Source: Mustelus asterias (Eukaryota). Taken from it: a stretch of 64,000 nt of DNA. The stretch is from positions 99,882,001 to 99,946,000 of the forward strand of contig NC_135810.1 of NCBI RefSeq assembly GCF_964213995.1. Reading direction: 5' to 3'. The notes beneath the pieces were generated by a model, which was given only the letters and a program-made list of their open reading frames with translations, made no database searches and had not been told where the DNA came from. Below are positions 23,101 through 35,931 of the stretch, one piece after another. Positions within the stretch are counted from its first letter, which is position 1; the number at the start of each line of letters is the position of its first letter. The translations under genes were made by a program, and so were the position numbers.

Positions 23101-26100
23101 TCCTAGTAACTGCCGTGCAGAGTGCTGCTGCCATGCAGGTTGGTTCCTTCTGGACTGTTCTCACAGTCTGTTACCATGTGACTGTATGAACCGTGGATGG
23201 TGCTATTCTCCAGTCCCACATTGACCCTTGCTCCGCTGAGCACTTCTACATTACAAGGGCATGAAAGAACACACAATAGTAGCCTCACTTTATGCCTTCC
23301 CCCAAGCTCTCTGATATGACCCCCATCCCACTCCCATCCCTCACTGGCGTGTTGCAATAGTGCAACAAAATCCCAAATCCCCAGACTTGCTTTACATCCC
23401 TTATGCACTATCACTTCTTTGTGGAGACTGGTTGTAGTCCCAGCAGTGGCCACTACTATCTTCTGGCACTGCTGGGACTTCGGAGTTAGTCAATCAGATT
23501 GACAAACAGCTCTCTAGGGCAGGACTTCCTCCCAACTGGGAGTGAAAGTCCAGCTCTCAATAATTAAAGCTACCCCCAATGTAATATCTCTCTGGATTTC
23601 AGGATGACGAAGGGCCAGCTGACCTTTTGGTCACAGGGCAGACAATGCATTCCCCCACCCCTCTTAATATGAAGGACAGTTCGGGAGTGGGCGGGAAGAC
23701 AGTGGGCCGGCCACTCGCTTTAATTTATGAGCACACCCACCTTCAAGTATGCCGGTGGGGTATTGTAAATGTCAGTCCCTAGGTGCAAATAGAATAACAG
23801 GTACTTAAATTGTGGATGGACCATTGTAGTCAAACCGAAAACCGTGTTCTCTTGACACTCAGACACATACTTTCCTAGACACGATCATTGGTAGAGGATA
23901 ATGAACAATGATGGGGAGATAGAACCTGAGTAACCGGTCCTCAATCCTGTACCCACATTGTTAACATGGCTGATATTAACTAGCTCATTGTGTTATTTTG
24001 CTCTCAACAATTAGTTTATAATTGATGTGGTAAGTTTATATGTTTTAACTCATGCAATAATAATCAAAGTACATAATTACATCGGAGCAAATTTTATTAA
24101 CTGTATTTTGCTCCATAAAGATGGTTTGCTTCATGCAGGTCATTTCAAAGTCCCAACTCTGGGATCATCAGCGAGAAGAAAAAACAGCTATCACAGGTCT
24201 GACCTGGCAAATTCTAATCTCTAGCACTATAATAGTGGTGAACAACTTACCCCCTCGTGTGTAATGCTGATTCTTGCTAGCAAGAATTATTAATGAATTA
24301 GAAGTGCACAATATCAAATGCAAATGAAAAAATATTAATTAAAAAGTCACTTGTTGTGAACTGTCATAAAGAACAATTTCTTGAATCTATAACTATCGAC
24401 CTCAACTATAATTGATTTTGTTAAAAGTTGCATGGTCTGACTGTGCTAATCCTACACCTATGTTATTTAATCTTTGGTTTCAATTGAAGGTGGGGGGGTT
24501 GGAAAGTAAATGTCAAAGCCCAGTGTCTCTGAGCTCCATGAGGCTTTCCTCACCTTTCTAAATGAGCATTAGCTTTGCTTTGATCAAAATTAATAAGCCA
24601 TTATGATAAAAAGAAAGGATGTTGTGTTCCCTAATGTGATTGCATGTGAATGAAAATCTATGAACCCCAGTTTTTGCTTGTTCCAACTATTTGACATATG
24701 GCTGCATCCGTAAGCAAATTAAAACAGTCATATTTCTTCAAAAGCCTTCCTTACAGAGCTGAGATGGAAGATGTTTCTATTTGTTGAGTTTAACTTAATT
24801 TCAGTTCTTAATGGATTTGCAAAAGCTCGCTTCATCAGGTCAAGAAATATTATGCATGTTTTCACTTCCTTACAGAAACTTGTAGCAAGGTTTCTGCAAA
24901 TGAGGTTTACAAAAAGCTGCCGAATCAAAGGGCAGAAATTTGAAGTCCCCTGCCAGCTGACTTGCAAGAAGGGGGCTCCAAACATTTTCCTGGATGGCCT
25001 TCCCACTGATCTGTCCACAATATGGAGTGGGAGGGTTGAGGGAAGTGTGCCCTACCCACCTTCATTCAAATTGAGGCCCATAAGTAGTCAATTATGAGGC
25101 TGGCAGGAGGAGTTCAGAGGTGGGTGGATGCCCAGCAGGCATAGAGCCCTGGCGTAAAAATTGGTCACGATACATTTTGGTCAATGTGTATCAGGCCTGG
25201 AGGTTGCTCTTGGTTCTCATTTACATCATTTGCTGAGCTGTAATAATTAACTCACCCTTTTCAAATGCTCACCTTGTCACCTGCACTCCTTGGCGTTAAG
25301 ACCTGTAGTGGGTGTGACATGCCACCTGGGAGTGGACCATTTGTGAGTTCTATGGATGTTACGGCATTGTTGTATTTTTTTTAAATGATGTTTTGTAGGC
25401 ACATAGACATTTGTAGGCATTCACTGCTTAGGTCGTAATGACTGCGATAGAATCCTGGACCAAGCTTGTTTGCTGCCTGCACTGCAAATCACAATCCAAT
25501 TTCTTCAGTGACCAATAACAGCATTTGCTCCTCTTTATAGGCAAATGAGGAGCCTAATACCTGCTTTAGGTGGCTGCCAGGTAAGCCTGAAAAATGATCT
25601 TTTCCTTTTACAACCACCTTGGGACATAGAACATTTGTGCCCAAAATTGACCCCTGTGTAATGGATTATCCAATTTCTACTTTCATAGGTTTAAATCTAA
25701 ATATGCAAATACGTATGTGCCAGCGAATTTTTTAAAATCCTCTATTGCTATAAGATATATGTCCATACTTGAGGTAATATTTCTGGTGCAAGTATACAAT
25801 TCAAAATTATAATTTATTTTGGAAATTGTCCGTGATTACTTAAAAGTTGCCTCGTGGGTCTGGCAGGCAAGGGTAAATTATACGCAATCTTAAACTTATT
25901 TTTACACATTCAATAGCTGGCCTTAAATACTATGGATTTTCTCTACAACATGAGATATTTTTGAACCCAAGAAAACAAGACATAGGCTGGAGAAATATAT
26001 TTTATATCTCCAACTTAGTTGTGTTTCTTTGTATATTTCTCAAACTGTTCAGATTGAATTTGGAATCCCATCTCAATATGTTACGAATATATTGAATTAA

Positions 26101-26978
26101 CTTTTGAAGCACGTTTAAGTTGACTTCTCCAAGTAATGCATTCTAGACATTCCTAAACAGGTTGGATGAGTGGCTGCAAACAGCTAACTTTTCAGAGCTC
26201 TGTTTTGATTGGGAAGTCCTTTAATCCAGTCCTTTCATTTGCACCCCAAACCCACAGTCGAGTCCAAACAATTTGTTACCATTCCACAAGACTGAGTTGG
26301 GAAAAGAATTGTTAGTGTTACTGACCATTGACTCATTCCTTTTGAGGTCAAATTTTAACTCGCCAGCCTGACAGAATTCAAGGATAGGGTGAGTGGGGAG
26401 GGGGTGTTTGTTAAACCGGATCAAGGTACTTCTCTTACCTGATCTAACTACTGCACTGATAATTTGCAGGTGGAAAGGACACCCACTGCTAGCTTCAAAT
26501 ATTATGTTTTTGGGCTGTGATTTGTTATTTTAATCTGAAGTCTGAGCAGAGGAGTGGTGATAACTTCCCTACCAAGCCAAACATACCAGAAACAGGATCC
26601 TGCAGAGTCTCAGAAAAACAAGTTTAAAGAAATAATGATTTGCTGTCTTGGTGGCCAAGTGGAACAGGATGCTTTCCAAAGCCCCACAAGGGAACCATAG
26701 GACTCCTCTAATCTGGATTTCCCCCCAGTCCAACTCACCCCTCCCCCGATCAGAAATCCGATGCGCTGCTCCAATATTATAAGGTATAAGACTTAGATTT
26801 TCAGTGAATTTAAATAAATATTGAATAGTTTTGCATTAGAATAGATAAAGCTGGTTCATAACAGATCAGCTTGTGAGGTGCTAAAACTGTAGGAAGTTTA
26901 GATATTTGATCATAGATGTCTAGAGGTACAGGGTATCAAAGTGACTGATATTTGTCTTCCCTGTTACTCATTTGGACA

Positions 26979-27480
26979 ATGTGGAGATGCCGATGTTGGA
27001 CTGGGGTAAACACAGTAAGAAGTTTAACAACACCAGGTTAAAGTCCAACAGGTTTATTTGGTAGCAAATGCCACTAGCTTTCACGACAGCGCAGAGTCGC
27101 TGAGCAGAAACTAATAGCCAAGTTCCGCACACATGAGGACGGCCTCAACCGGGACCTTGGGTTCATGTCACACTATCTGTAACCCCCACAGCTTGTCTGG
27201 ACTTGCAGAATCTCACTGGCTGTCCTGTCTGGAGACAATACACATCTCTTTAACCTGTGCTTAATGCTCCCTCCATTCACATTGTTTGTATCTTTAAGAT
27301 TTGATTATCTGTAAAGACTGCATTCCAATTATTCTGTAAATTGAGTTTGTGTCTCTGTATGCCCTGTTTGTGAGCATTTCTCCACTCCACCTAACGAAGG
27401 GGCAGTGCTCTGAAAGCTAGCGGCATTTGCTACCAAATAAACCTGTTGGACTTTAATCTGGTGTTGTTAAACTTCTTACT
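26979..27480 (+). mobile_element. 5'-truncated Penelope-like element with inverted pseudo-LTR
   Basis: 70-nt inverted arms 27014-27083 / 27411-27480. 27084-27182 encodes RQRRVAEQKLIAKFRTHEDGLNRDLGFMSHYL*, a GIY-YIG C-terminus (E..I...T....GLN). Imperfect flanking duplication CATTTGGACAA / CATTTGAACCA. Confidence 0.85.
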
Positions 27481-27829
27481 CATTTGAACCACAGTGGTGC
27501 AAGATCCTGAAAGACCACAGAGCCTGGAGGCCTTGGAAGTGCAAATGTGGCCACTGTGTTCTGTATGAGTATGACAAGGTGACGGAATGGTAGAAACTAG
27601 CTCCAGCTAGCTGCTGCAGGTCAGTCTGTTTTTTTTTCAAAAGCGTGAACTGGAAATGAAAGATTAGTAAGTATTTGACAGTTGTAGCTTTGCTGTTGAC
27701 AAATGACCCAGCACAAACTCGTACACAGTAACATTTCACATACCATATGGTATCATGATAAGATGTTCGCAATTGTTCCCATATTTAGAATAGTTTCTCT
27801 GGTCATCATCAATACTGATGTCGTGACGT

Positions 27830-27942
27830 GGTTTTGATGAAGAGTCATCCAGACTTGAAACGTTAGCTCTGCTCTCTCTCCACGGATGCTGTCAGACTTG
27901 CTGAAATTTTCCAGCATTTTCTGTTTTTGTTTCAGATTCCAG
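27830..27942 (+). mobile_element. Terminal repeat of a second Penelope-like family with degenerate hammerhead motif
   Basis: TTGATGA-A-GAGTC(atcca)GACTT-GAAACGTTA followed by CTCTCCACGGATGCTG...TTTTCCAGCATTTTCTG; related copies at ~52770-52865, ~11960-12040 and ~20215-20285. Confidence 0.6.
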
Positions 27943-29391
27943 GATGTTTTTTTCTGATGTGGTGATTCTTGTCTAAAAGATTGTTTTACAGTGAGTTGAT
28001 ATAAGTGTAAAATGTTTGTGATCATTTGGTGTGGATTCAGGGTTGGTGGTGATGTGAAGGAGAAAGAATGAATGTTTTAGATGTTAAGAAAATGTATTTC
28101 TCAAAACAATTAAAGGGTAGTTGAAATCAAAAATACTACAGATCAGTGTATGCATATGTACATCAAACAGAGAACAAGCTTTGGGTTCCCGCTTCCCTGA
28201 CCTCACAGTGATTTCAAACAGGAAATGGGCAAAGTCTTTGATGGCCTGCCAACCCTTGCCCAGATGCAAACCTTTAAGTGGCTAATTATTGACTACTTAA
28301 GGGCCGTTTCCCACTTGGCCTCAATTTTCAGCATGGCAGGAGGATTTCCCAGATGTGGGGAAGCCTGAAAATGACTGGTCTTGGGTGGAAATGTCGGGGC
28401 AGGAGCGTCTCCATCAGAAGCCACCTTCTAAACCCCCCCCCAACCACCTCTTTCTCCCAGGCCTTTCACCTGACACTCCAGACCTCAAAAATTCTGGCAG
28501 CTGAAGGGAGGTGAGGATTGCTTTGGGGAGACGCACTGTCTGTGAATCGGAGGAGCAGGCGTACTTCTCCTTAGCCCCCTAAGTTTACTTTCTGCCCATG
28601 AATCTCTTTGTGCCCTCCCCACCACTGCTGTGCACAAAGACCACCAATTGCAAACTTGGAAATATGTCAAGATTAATACAGAAAATTTTGCCTTAATGTA
28701 GCATTTTGAGAATTTTCTTGTTTAACCTTGCAGAGAATTTTGGTATATTAACTGTTTCTATGGAATTCGCTTCATTTTCAAATAATTTAATATCAGGCAC
28801 TCAAGGCTTGGTTGAAGAAGTGTCTTTGAGGATGCAAGGGAGGTGAAGAGGAGCCAGCTGGCTGAAGGCATGACTGCCATGCACTTTAGAACACAAGACA
28901 AGGGTTATGTATCAGGTATTTGAGGTAATTAGTGATTGGATTGCAAATAAGAGGCTCCACTATGTAAATGTATCAAATCAAAAGTAACCAAGTTTCAGCA
29001 AAAAATATTTATGGCTGCAGTGAAAGTTTAGAGTAGCGTCAATGCAGTGGTAAATCTTTAAATTCTGAGATTCAGAAATACAGAAGAAATTCTTCAAAAA
29101 TATAGGCTAAAATTATGTACCATTTCAAATGTATGCAATATATTACACAACAATGAGATTTGACCATGCAGTTCTAGAAAAAGCAGTTTCAGAGGATGGT
29201 GACTTAGCCAACTCGTGTTCAAAAATGAAAATGTAGTTCAAGTTCAGCTCACTTTTGGACGAGTTTTTAAAATTTTTTACTCCATTGTTAGTTACAGTGC
29301 CAATGTTCAGAATGGACCAGGCAAACCCAAATCCATGGCTTGCTTGCTCCAAAAACCAAATTCAAAATCCAATTGAATCCAATTCATTATC

Positions 29392-29870
29392 TAGAGTCAT
29401 AGAGGTTTACAGCATGGAAACAGGCCCTTCAGCCCAACTTGTCCATGCCGCCCTTTTTTTTAAACCCCTAAGCTAATCTCAATTGCATGCATTTGGCCCA
29501 TATCCCTCCATACACATCTTACCCATGTTACTATCTAAATGCTTTTTAAAAGACAAAATTGTACCCACCTCAACTACTACCTCTGGCGGCTTGTTCCAGA
29601 CACTCACCACCCTCTGTGTGAAGAAATTGCCCCTCTGGACAGTTTTGTATCTCTCTCCTCTCACCCTAAACATATGCCCTCTAGTTATAGACTCCCCTAC
29701 CTTTGGGAAAAGATATTGACTATCTGGCTGATCTGTGCCCCTCATTATTTTATAGACTTCTATAAGATCACCCCTCAGTCTCCTATGCTCCAGAGAAAAA
29801 AATGTCCCAGTCTATCCAGCCTCTCCTTATAACTCAAACCATCAAGTCCCAGTAGCATCTTAGTAAATCT
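29392..29870 (-). mobile_element. CR1 (HER1-like) LINE 3' end
   Basis: ORF 29479-29745: LFPKVGESITRGHMFRVRGERYK...NFFTQRVVSVWN; near-identical to 58166-58411. Confidence 0.85.
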
Positions 29871-31115
29871 ACACAAGAGAGACAAACAAGATCCAAGCTG
29901 ACAAGATTTAAGGCATTACCCCATCTTGGGCTTGATCTGACGCTTGATCCTAGCCAAAAGGCCAAGAAACATTTGGATTAGTCGGTGGAATGAAAATGAT
30001 TATTGTTATGACATTAAACAAGGCTGAGGTTGAGGCCGGGATCGTGGTGAAGAGTCAAGGGAGCCACTTTGCATGTAGCATGGTAACTTTTTAAAATCTG
30101 TCTTGCTCTTGTTCTTTCTTTCCTTGCCTGATTTCTCTTCCTCTCTTAGGCTCCTATCATTTGTATCATTGTCGACCTTCTCAGTGTTAGTCTCAGATCC
30201 CACTTCTTTGCCATTATTGATCTATGTAAATTTAAGGCATATTATCAGTGAACCAGAGTGAGGACTACTTCATAATCCTGGTTAATACAAGGCTTTTGTG
30301 ACTAAGATAATAAGAGCTAATCCTTAGGCTCAGTAACTTGATATGTCCTTGCTCTCAATTACAGAAAAATAAAAATACAGTAAATGATATTTAGACTGCA
30401 GACGACACACTCATGGAGAAAAGGGTGTGTTGAAATGACAGATACAACTTATAAGGTCACATAGTATTTTATTGCAGTTTATAGTGGATTAGAAATAGAA
30501 GCCAACCAGTTGGCTGTATCTTATCAGATCCTAATAAAGAGCAAATTAAATTTAGCATCCAGTCCAAAAAGATTTAGTTCAGCAGTGCTAACTTTGGTCC
30601 ATTGGCAAGATGTGAACATAGCCACCATTTTATATTTTTTATAAAAGCACTCAAGTGTAATCAGTGTTGAAATACCAAGTCATATTGGTAACTGGAATCT
30701 TCAAGGAAAAGCAGAATAACTGGCAAATCAATCTTGCCTTCACTGCTCTTGTATCCTAAACTGTCAATAACAAAAAGCTGAGGTTAATACACAATAAATC
30801 TTTACCTCTATTATATATTATTCTAATTTGTAATTCAGGGTGATTCTGAAAAAAATTATTCTCATGCATTATATATTGATACTAATTCCAAAATTGCTGT
30901 TGAGAATACAATGGCCAGGATTTTGTATTGAGAATAATGGTGTGCTTGGCACCACTCACCGTTATTATGGCGTAAATTGGACAGCAACTTCCAAGAGCCT
31001 GCACAGGAAAATTTTAACCTCTGGAAGTTGTATTCTGTTGCATTTTACTCTTCCACGGGCTACAGTACACTGTATAACAGAACTTCGCTGATAGACTCCT
31101 CATTGAAATCAATGT

Positions 31116-31311
31116 CATAAGTTCATAAGATATAGGAGCAGAATTAGGTCATTCGGCCCATCGAGTCTGCTCCGCCATTCGATCATGGCTGATATGCTCC
31201 TCATCCCCATTTTCCTGCCTGCTCCTCATAACCCTTCAACCCATGACTAATTAAATATTTGTCTAACTCCTTAAATTTACTCACTGTCCCAGCATCCACC
31301 ACATTTTGGGG
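31116..31311 (-). mobile_element. CR1 LINE 3'-terminal fragment
   Basis: CATAAGATATAGGAGCAGAATTAGG...GATCATGGCTGAT; GTCAT repeated at both junctions (31114, 31311). Confidence 0.75.
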
Positions 31312-31379
31312 TCATGGAGTAAAGTTGCGAGGTTAAGCCACTATTTATCCACTGAACACAACAGAAAAGTATAATGTTG

Positions 31380-31544
31380 TGTGTTGTGTCCACAGAATTG
31401 TTGCTAGAAGGCATGGAAGCTGACAAACTAGAGGAGCTTTATTAATGAGGTGTGTTCAGTACAAGTTGCTTCCTTACTCTGCACAGTTACCTATGCAAGT
31501 GAATGGTGACGTCACTTCTGGTGACATCATACATATATCTTACA
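31380..31544 (-). mobile_element. Candidate short solo LTR
   Basis: Minus strand begins TGTAAG and ends ...ACAACACA, contains AATAAA and TGACGTCA; flanks GTTG/GTTC. Confidence 0.35.
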
Positions 31545-31669
31545 GTTCTTAGAGCGGTTTCAGTATTGCTTCTCTGAAATCAATAACACTGGGGCACTTA
31601 CACATATGTGAATTGTTAACAACTTGATGAATCTTAATTACTCCAAGCCACCTGGCACTGAAAATTTTT

Positions 31670-33358
31670 TGATTTGATTTGTTTTTTTAATTTGATTTAT
31701 TATTGTCACATGTATTAGTATACAGTGAAAAGTATTGTTTCTTGCGCGCTACACAGACAAAACATACCGTTCATAGAGAAGGAAACGGGAGAGTGCAGAA
31801 TGTAGTGTTACAGTCATAGCTAGGGTGTAGAGAAAGATCAATTTAGTGCGAGGTAGGTCCATTCAAAAGTCTGACGGCAGCAGGGAAGAAGCTGTTCTTG
31901 AGTCGGTTGGTACGTGACCTCAGTCTTTTGTATCTTTTTCCAGACGGAAGAAGGTGGAAGAGAGAATGTCCGGGGTGCGTGGGGTCCTTAATTATGCTGG
32001 CTGCTTTGCCGAGACAGAGGGAAGTGTGGACAAAGTCAGTGGATGGGAGGCTGGTTTGCGTGATGGATTGGGCTACATTCATGACCTTTTGTAGTTTCTT
32101 GCGGTCTTGGGCAGAGCAGGAGCCATACCAAGCTGTGATACAACCAGAAAGAATGCTTTCTATGGTGTTTCTGTAAAAGTTGGTGAGGGTCCATGACATG
32201 CCAAATTTCCTTCGTCTTCTGAGAAAGTAGAGGTGTTGGTGGGCTTTCTTAACTACAGTGTCGGCATGGGGGGACCAGGACAGGTTGTTGGTGATCTGGT
32301 CACCTAAAAACTTGAAGCTCTCGACCTTTCTACTTCATCCCTGTTGATGTAGACAGGGGCATGTTCTCCTTTATGGTTCCTGAAAGTTGATGACAATCTC
32401 CTTCATTTTGTTGACATTGAGGGAGAGATTATTGTCACCGCACCAGTTCACCAGATGCCCTATCTCATTCCTGTACTCTGTCTCATCATTGTTTGAGATC
32501 TGACCCACTACAGTGGCGTCGTCCGCAAACTTGAAAATTGAATTGGAGGGGAATTTGGTCACACAGTCATCGGTGTATAAGGAATATAGTAGAGGGGTGA
32601 GATCACAGCCTTGTGGGGCACTGATGTTGAGGATGATTGTGAAGGAGGTGTTGTTGCCTATCATTACTGATTGTGGTCTGAGAGTTAGGAAGTTCAGGAT
32701 CCAGTCGCAGAGGGAGGAGCCGAGGTCCAGGCCACAGAGTTTGGAGATGGGTTTTGTGGGAATAATGATGTTGAAGGCTGAGCTGTAGTCAATAAATAGG
32801 AGTCTGACATAGCTGTCTTTGTTATCTAGATGTTCTAGGGTTGAGTGCAGGGCCAGGGAAATGGCGATTGCTGTGAACCTGTTGTGGCGGTAGGCAAACT
32901 GTAGTGGATCCAGGTAGTCTGGAATTGATTCGTGCCATGACTAGCCTTTCGAAGCACTTCATAATGATGGATGTCAGAGCCACCGCCAATAGTCATTAAG
33001 GCACGCTGCTTGGTTTTTCTTAGATACTGGGATGATGGTCGTCTGCTTAAAGCAGATAGGGATCTTAGATTGTTGTAAAGAGAGGTTGAAGATGTCTGCT
33101 AATACCCCCGCCAGCTGATCCGTGCAGGATCTGTGTGCTCTTCCAGGTACCCCGTCCGGGCCAGTCGTTTTCCACGGGTTGACCTTCGAGAAAGCTGCTC
33201 TGACATTGCAATGGTGACCCCAGATACAGGTTCATCCAGGGCTTCCAGGCTGGAGGGCATGCTCTCGCTGACCTCTTGGTCAAGCTGGGCATAGTATGCA
33301 TTGAGCTCTTCAGGGAGGGGTGTGTCGGAGCCGGCGATTTTACATGCCTTCATCTTGT
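31670..33358 (-). mobile_element. Rex1/Babar-clade LINE, 5'-truncated and frameshifted
   Basis: ORF pieces [68 protein letters not shown]; (AATCA)n-type tail. Confidence 0.85.
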
Positions 33359-34719
33359 ATGAGATGTTTTACGAGAACTGTGTTTGAAGTTTAAAAGTAA
33401 CTTATTTTGACCTTTTTCCTGTTATCGCTTTGACCCCTTTTCTTCCTTTCCCTCTCTTTTTTTGCTTTCTGTATAGAACTTAAAATTCATTTATACTTCC
33501 TCGTTCAAACTGTGTGATTCGGTGAGTTTTGGTCTGAGTGTAGAGCTATCCCATTGTTTGCCCTGCTCACATATGCAAGATATTCTCTCTGAAAGATGCC
33601 ATTCTGGAGCAAATGGCCAATGACAGGAAGAGTGGAATTTAATATTAGCAACAGGGATCTTGACCGCCAGTTGGAAAACTGGCGCTCAAGTGGCCAGTGT
33701 TGAGCTTTCCCTGGATTAGGAACCTCAGCAGCAGAAATAACCCATCCACCTAATAGCTGCTGGCCAATCAAGAGGCTCGGGCTTTCTGATCTCTGCTGTC
33801 AATTTCACAATGCTTACTTATACAGGGTTAAGAGATTTAAAGTGCTTGCAATTTCATCCATTTAACTTTAATGTGTCTGGATAACTGACAGTTTTAATGC
33901 TCTGTAGTAAAATGACTTTTTTAACAAATTGGAAAGTTATGAATGACTTTCTAACATTTTAAAACTGTTTTGCAAATCCTATTGTCACTAAGATTAATTG
34001 GTTCTGTACACTCTGTAGTGGGTCAAAGGGGACATGTAAGTGCCACAGCTTGGAATAGGGGACATGGGTGGCCATAGGGGTTGGGTGGGGGGCGCATATC
34101 TTTACATGGGGTCATGAGGAGGATCTTTTGAACTTGCCTTTTAAAAGATCCCCTCATGCACATTTGGTTCACAGCACCTCTGAAGTGCAGTGAACCAGCA
34201 CTCTTAGAAAAGATGGCCCAATTCCATGATCAGGTGTAGAGAACTAAGACATATCTATCCCCACAATGTAAGGGCCAGGTCAAGAGTGCAGGCTAGCATT
34301 CAAAACCAACCAACATCCTTGTAAGGCACCCGCAAAGATCAGAAACACCATAGCTGGTGTCAAAAATCTGAGGAATCTGGTCCCAGCTGCCATTTTTATA
34401 GGGCTCCCAAGTCATCCAGACTTTGATGAAGATTCAATCCTAAGAGTATAAGAGTGGAGATTCTCGTCAGTTGAAAGGTTTCCCATTGATTGCAGTCTGA
34501 GTTCATGTCAACAGCACATCTCTGGAGAAATGTAAAATCACTGGCAGCAAAAGCTTGAATTATAAAATCATAGGGGTCAAGTCCAGTTTGCTTTATTGAA
34601 GGTACACATCAGACATTAAACTGGCTGCCCTCCCAGATGGATATAAATGATTCCATGGCACTGCATGGTGTAGAGCAAGGGATATTTCCTGGGCAGCACT
34701 CCTTCAGTTTGTACGGATG

Positions 34720-35745
34720 TTCCAGCCCAGATTATATTCACAAGGCTCTGGAGTGGAAATAAATCAATGAACCTAGCACAAACCAAGATGTTCACTGGGA
34801 GGTCAATCATCTCAGTTCCAGAATGTAATTGCAAGAGTTCCTTAGAGTAGTGTTCTGTAGGATCAAACATCTTCCACTGCTTCATTGAAGATGTGCCTTC
34901 CATCATTCTATCTTAAGATCAGTAGCTGATTGCACAATGTTCAACACCTTTGGCCACTCCTCAGATATTGAAACAGTCCATGCCCATACAAAGCGAGACC
35001 AGAACAGTATTCAGACTTGTGCTGATTACTTCCTCTTAGACAATCCTTTTGAATTTGCATCCATCAGGTTGGTGAATCCTACCTAACAAATGCTCCCAGC
35101 ACCAGCGTGAGACCCTCCTGTTTTCATGCTAGCTGGAGCAGTTAGAGTGAAAATGGGAGAATTACACACACTAAAAGAGCATATTAGAGACTGGGAATTC
35201 TGTGGAGAATAATTCACCTGAGTCGCCAAAGCCTGTCCACCATCTACAAAGCACAAGTCAGGAGTGTGAGGGAATATTTGCCACTTGCCTGGATAAGTAC
35301 AGCTCCAATAACACTCAAGAGGCTCGACACCATCCAGGATACAGTAGCCTGCTTGATTGGCACCCCACTCACCACCTTCAACATCCACCCACTGTACCAC
35401 CAAAGCACAACGGCAGCAGTGTGCATCTTCTACAAGATGCAGGAACTCACCAAGGCTCCTTCAATAACATCTTCCAAACACGTTGCTCCTACCCCCAGAA
35501 GGACAAGAGCAGCAGGTGCTTGGGAATACCATCCAAGTTCCCCTCCAAGCCACACACTATCCTGATTTTGAACTATATCGCCCTTCCTTCGCTGTCACTG
35601 GGTCAAAATCCTGGAACAGCCTTCCAAACAGTACTGTGGATGTACCTGCACCACATGGATTGCAGTGGTTCAAGAAGATGACTTGCGACTGCCATCTCAA
35701 GGGAAGTTAGGGCTGGGCAACAAAACTGCTGACCTAATGTTGCGT
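34720..35745 (+). mobile_element. Decayed CR1/L2-group LINE 3' portion
   Basis: EYLPLAWISTAPITLKRLDTIQD and FAVTGSKSWNSLPNSTV; homologous to 22500-23100. Confidence 0.7.
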
Positions 35746-35767
35746 GAAAGAATTGATAAAAGCCTAT

Positions 35768-35931
35768 GGTCAGGATTTTCTGGCCCCCATGGTGTGTTTT
35801 CTGGCAGCAGAGGCAGCTCGCCATTGGCTGCTGGCGGGATCTTTCACTTTTCTGCTGGGGAACATGCCGTGGAGGTCATCTTCAGCAGGACTGGACGATC
35901 CTGCTGGTAGGAAGGGAAGGAAAATCTCACT
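35768..35931. mobile_element. Short MITE-like element (GG.CAGGATTTT...AAAATCTCAC)
   Basis: Termini resemble the other GGGC-ended elements; related pieces at ~37381-37555, ~52523-52675 and ~57320-57466. Confidence 0.5.
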
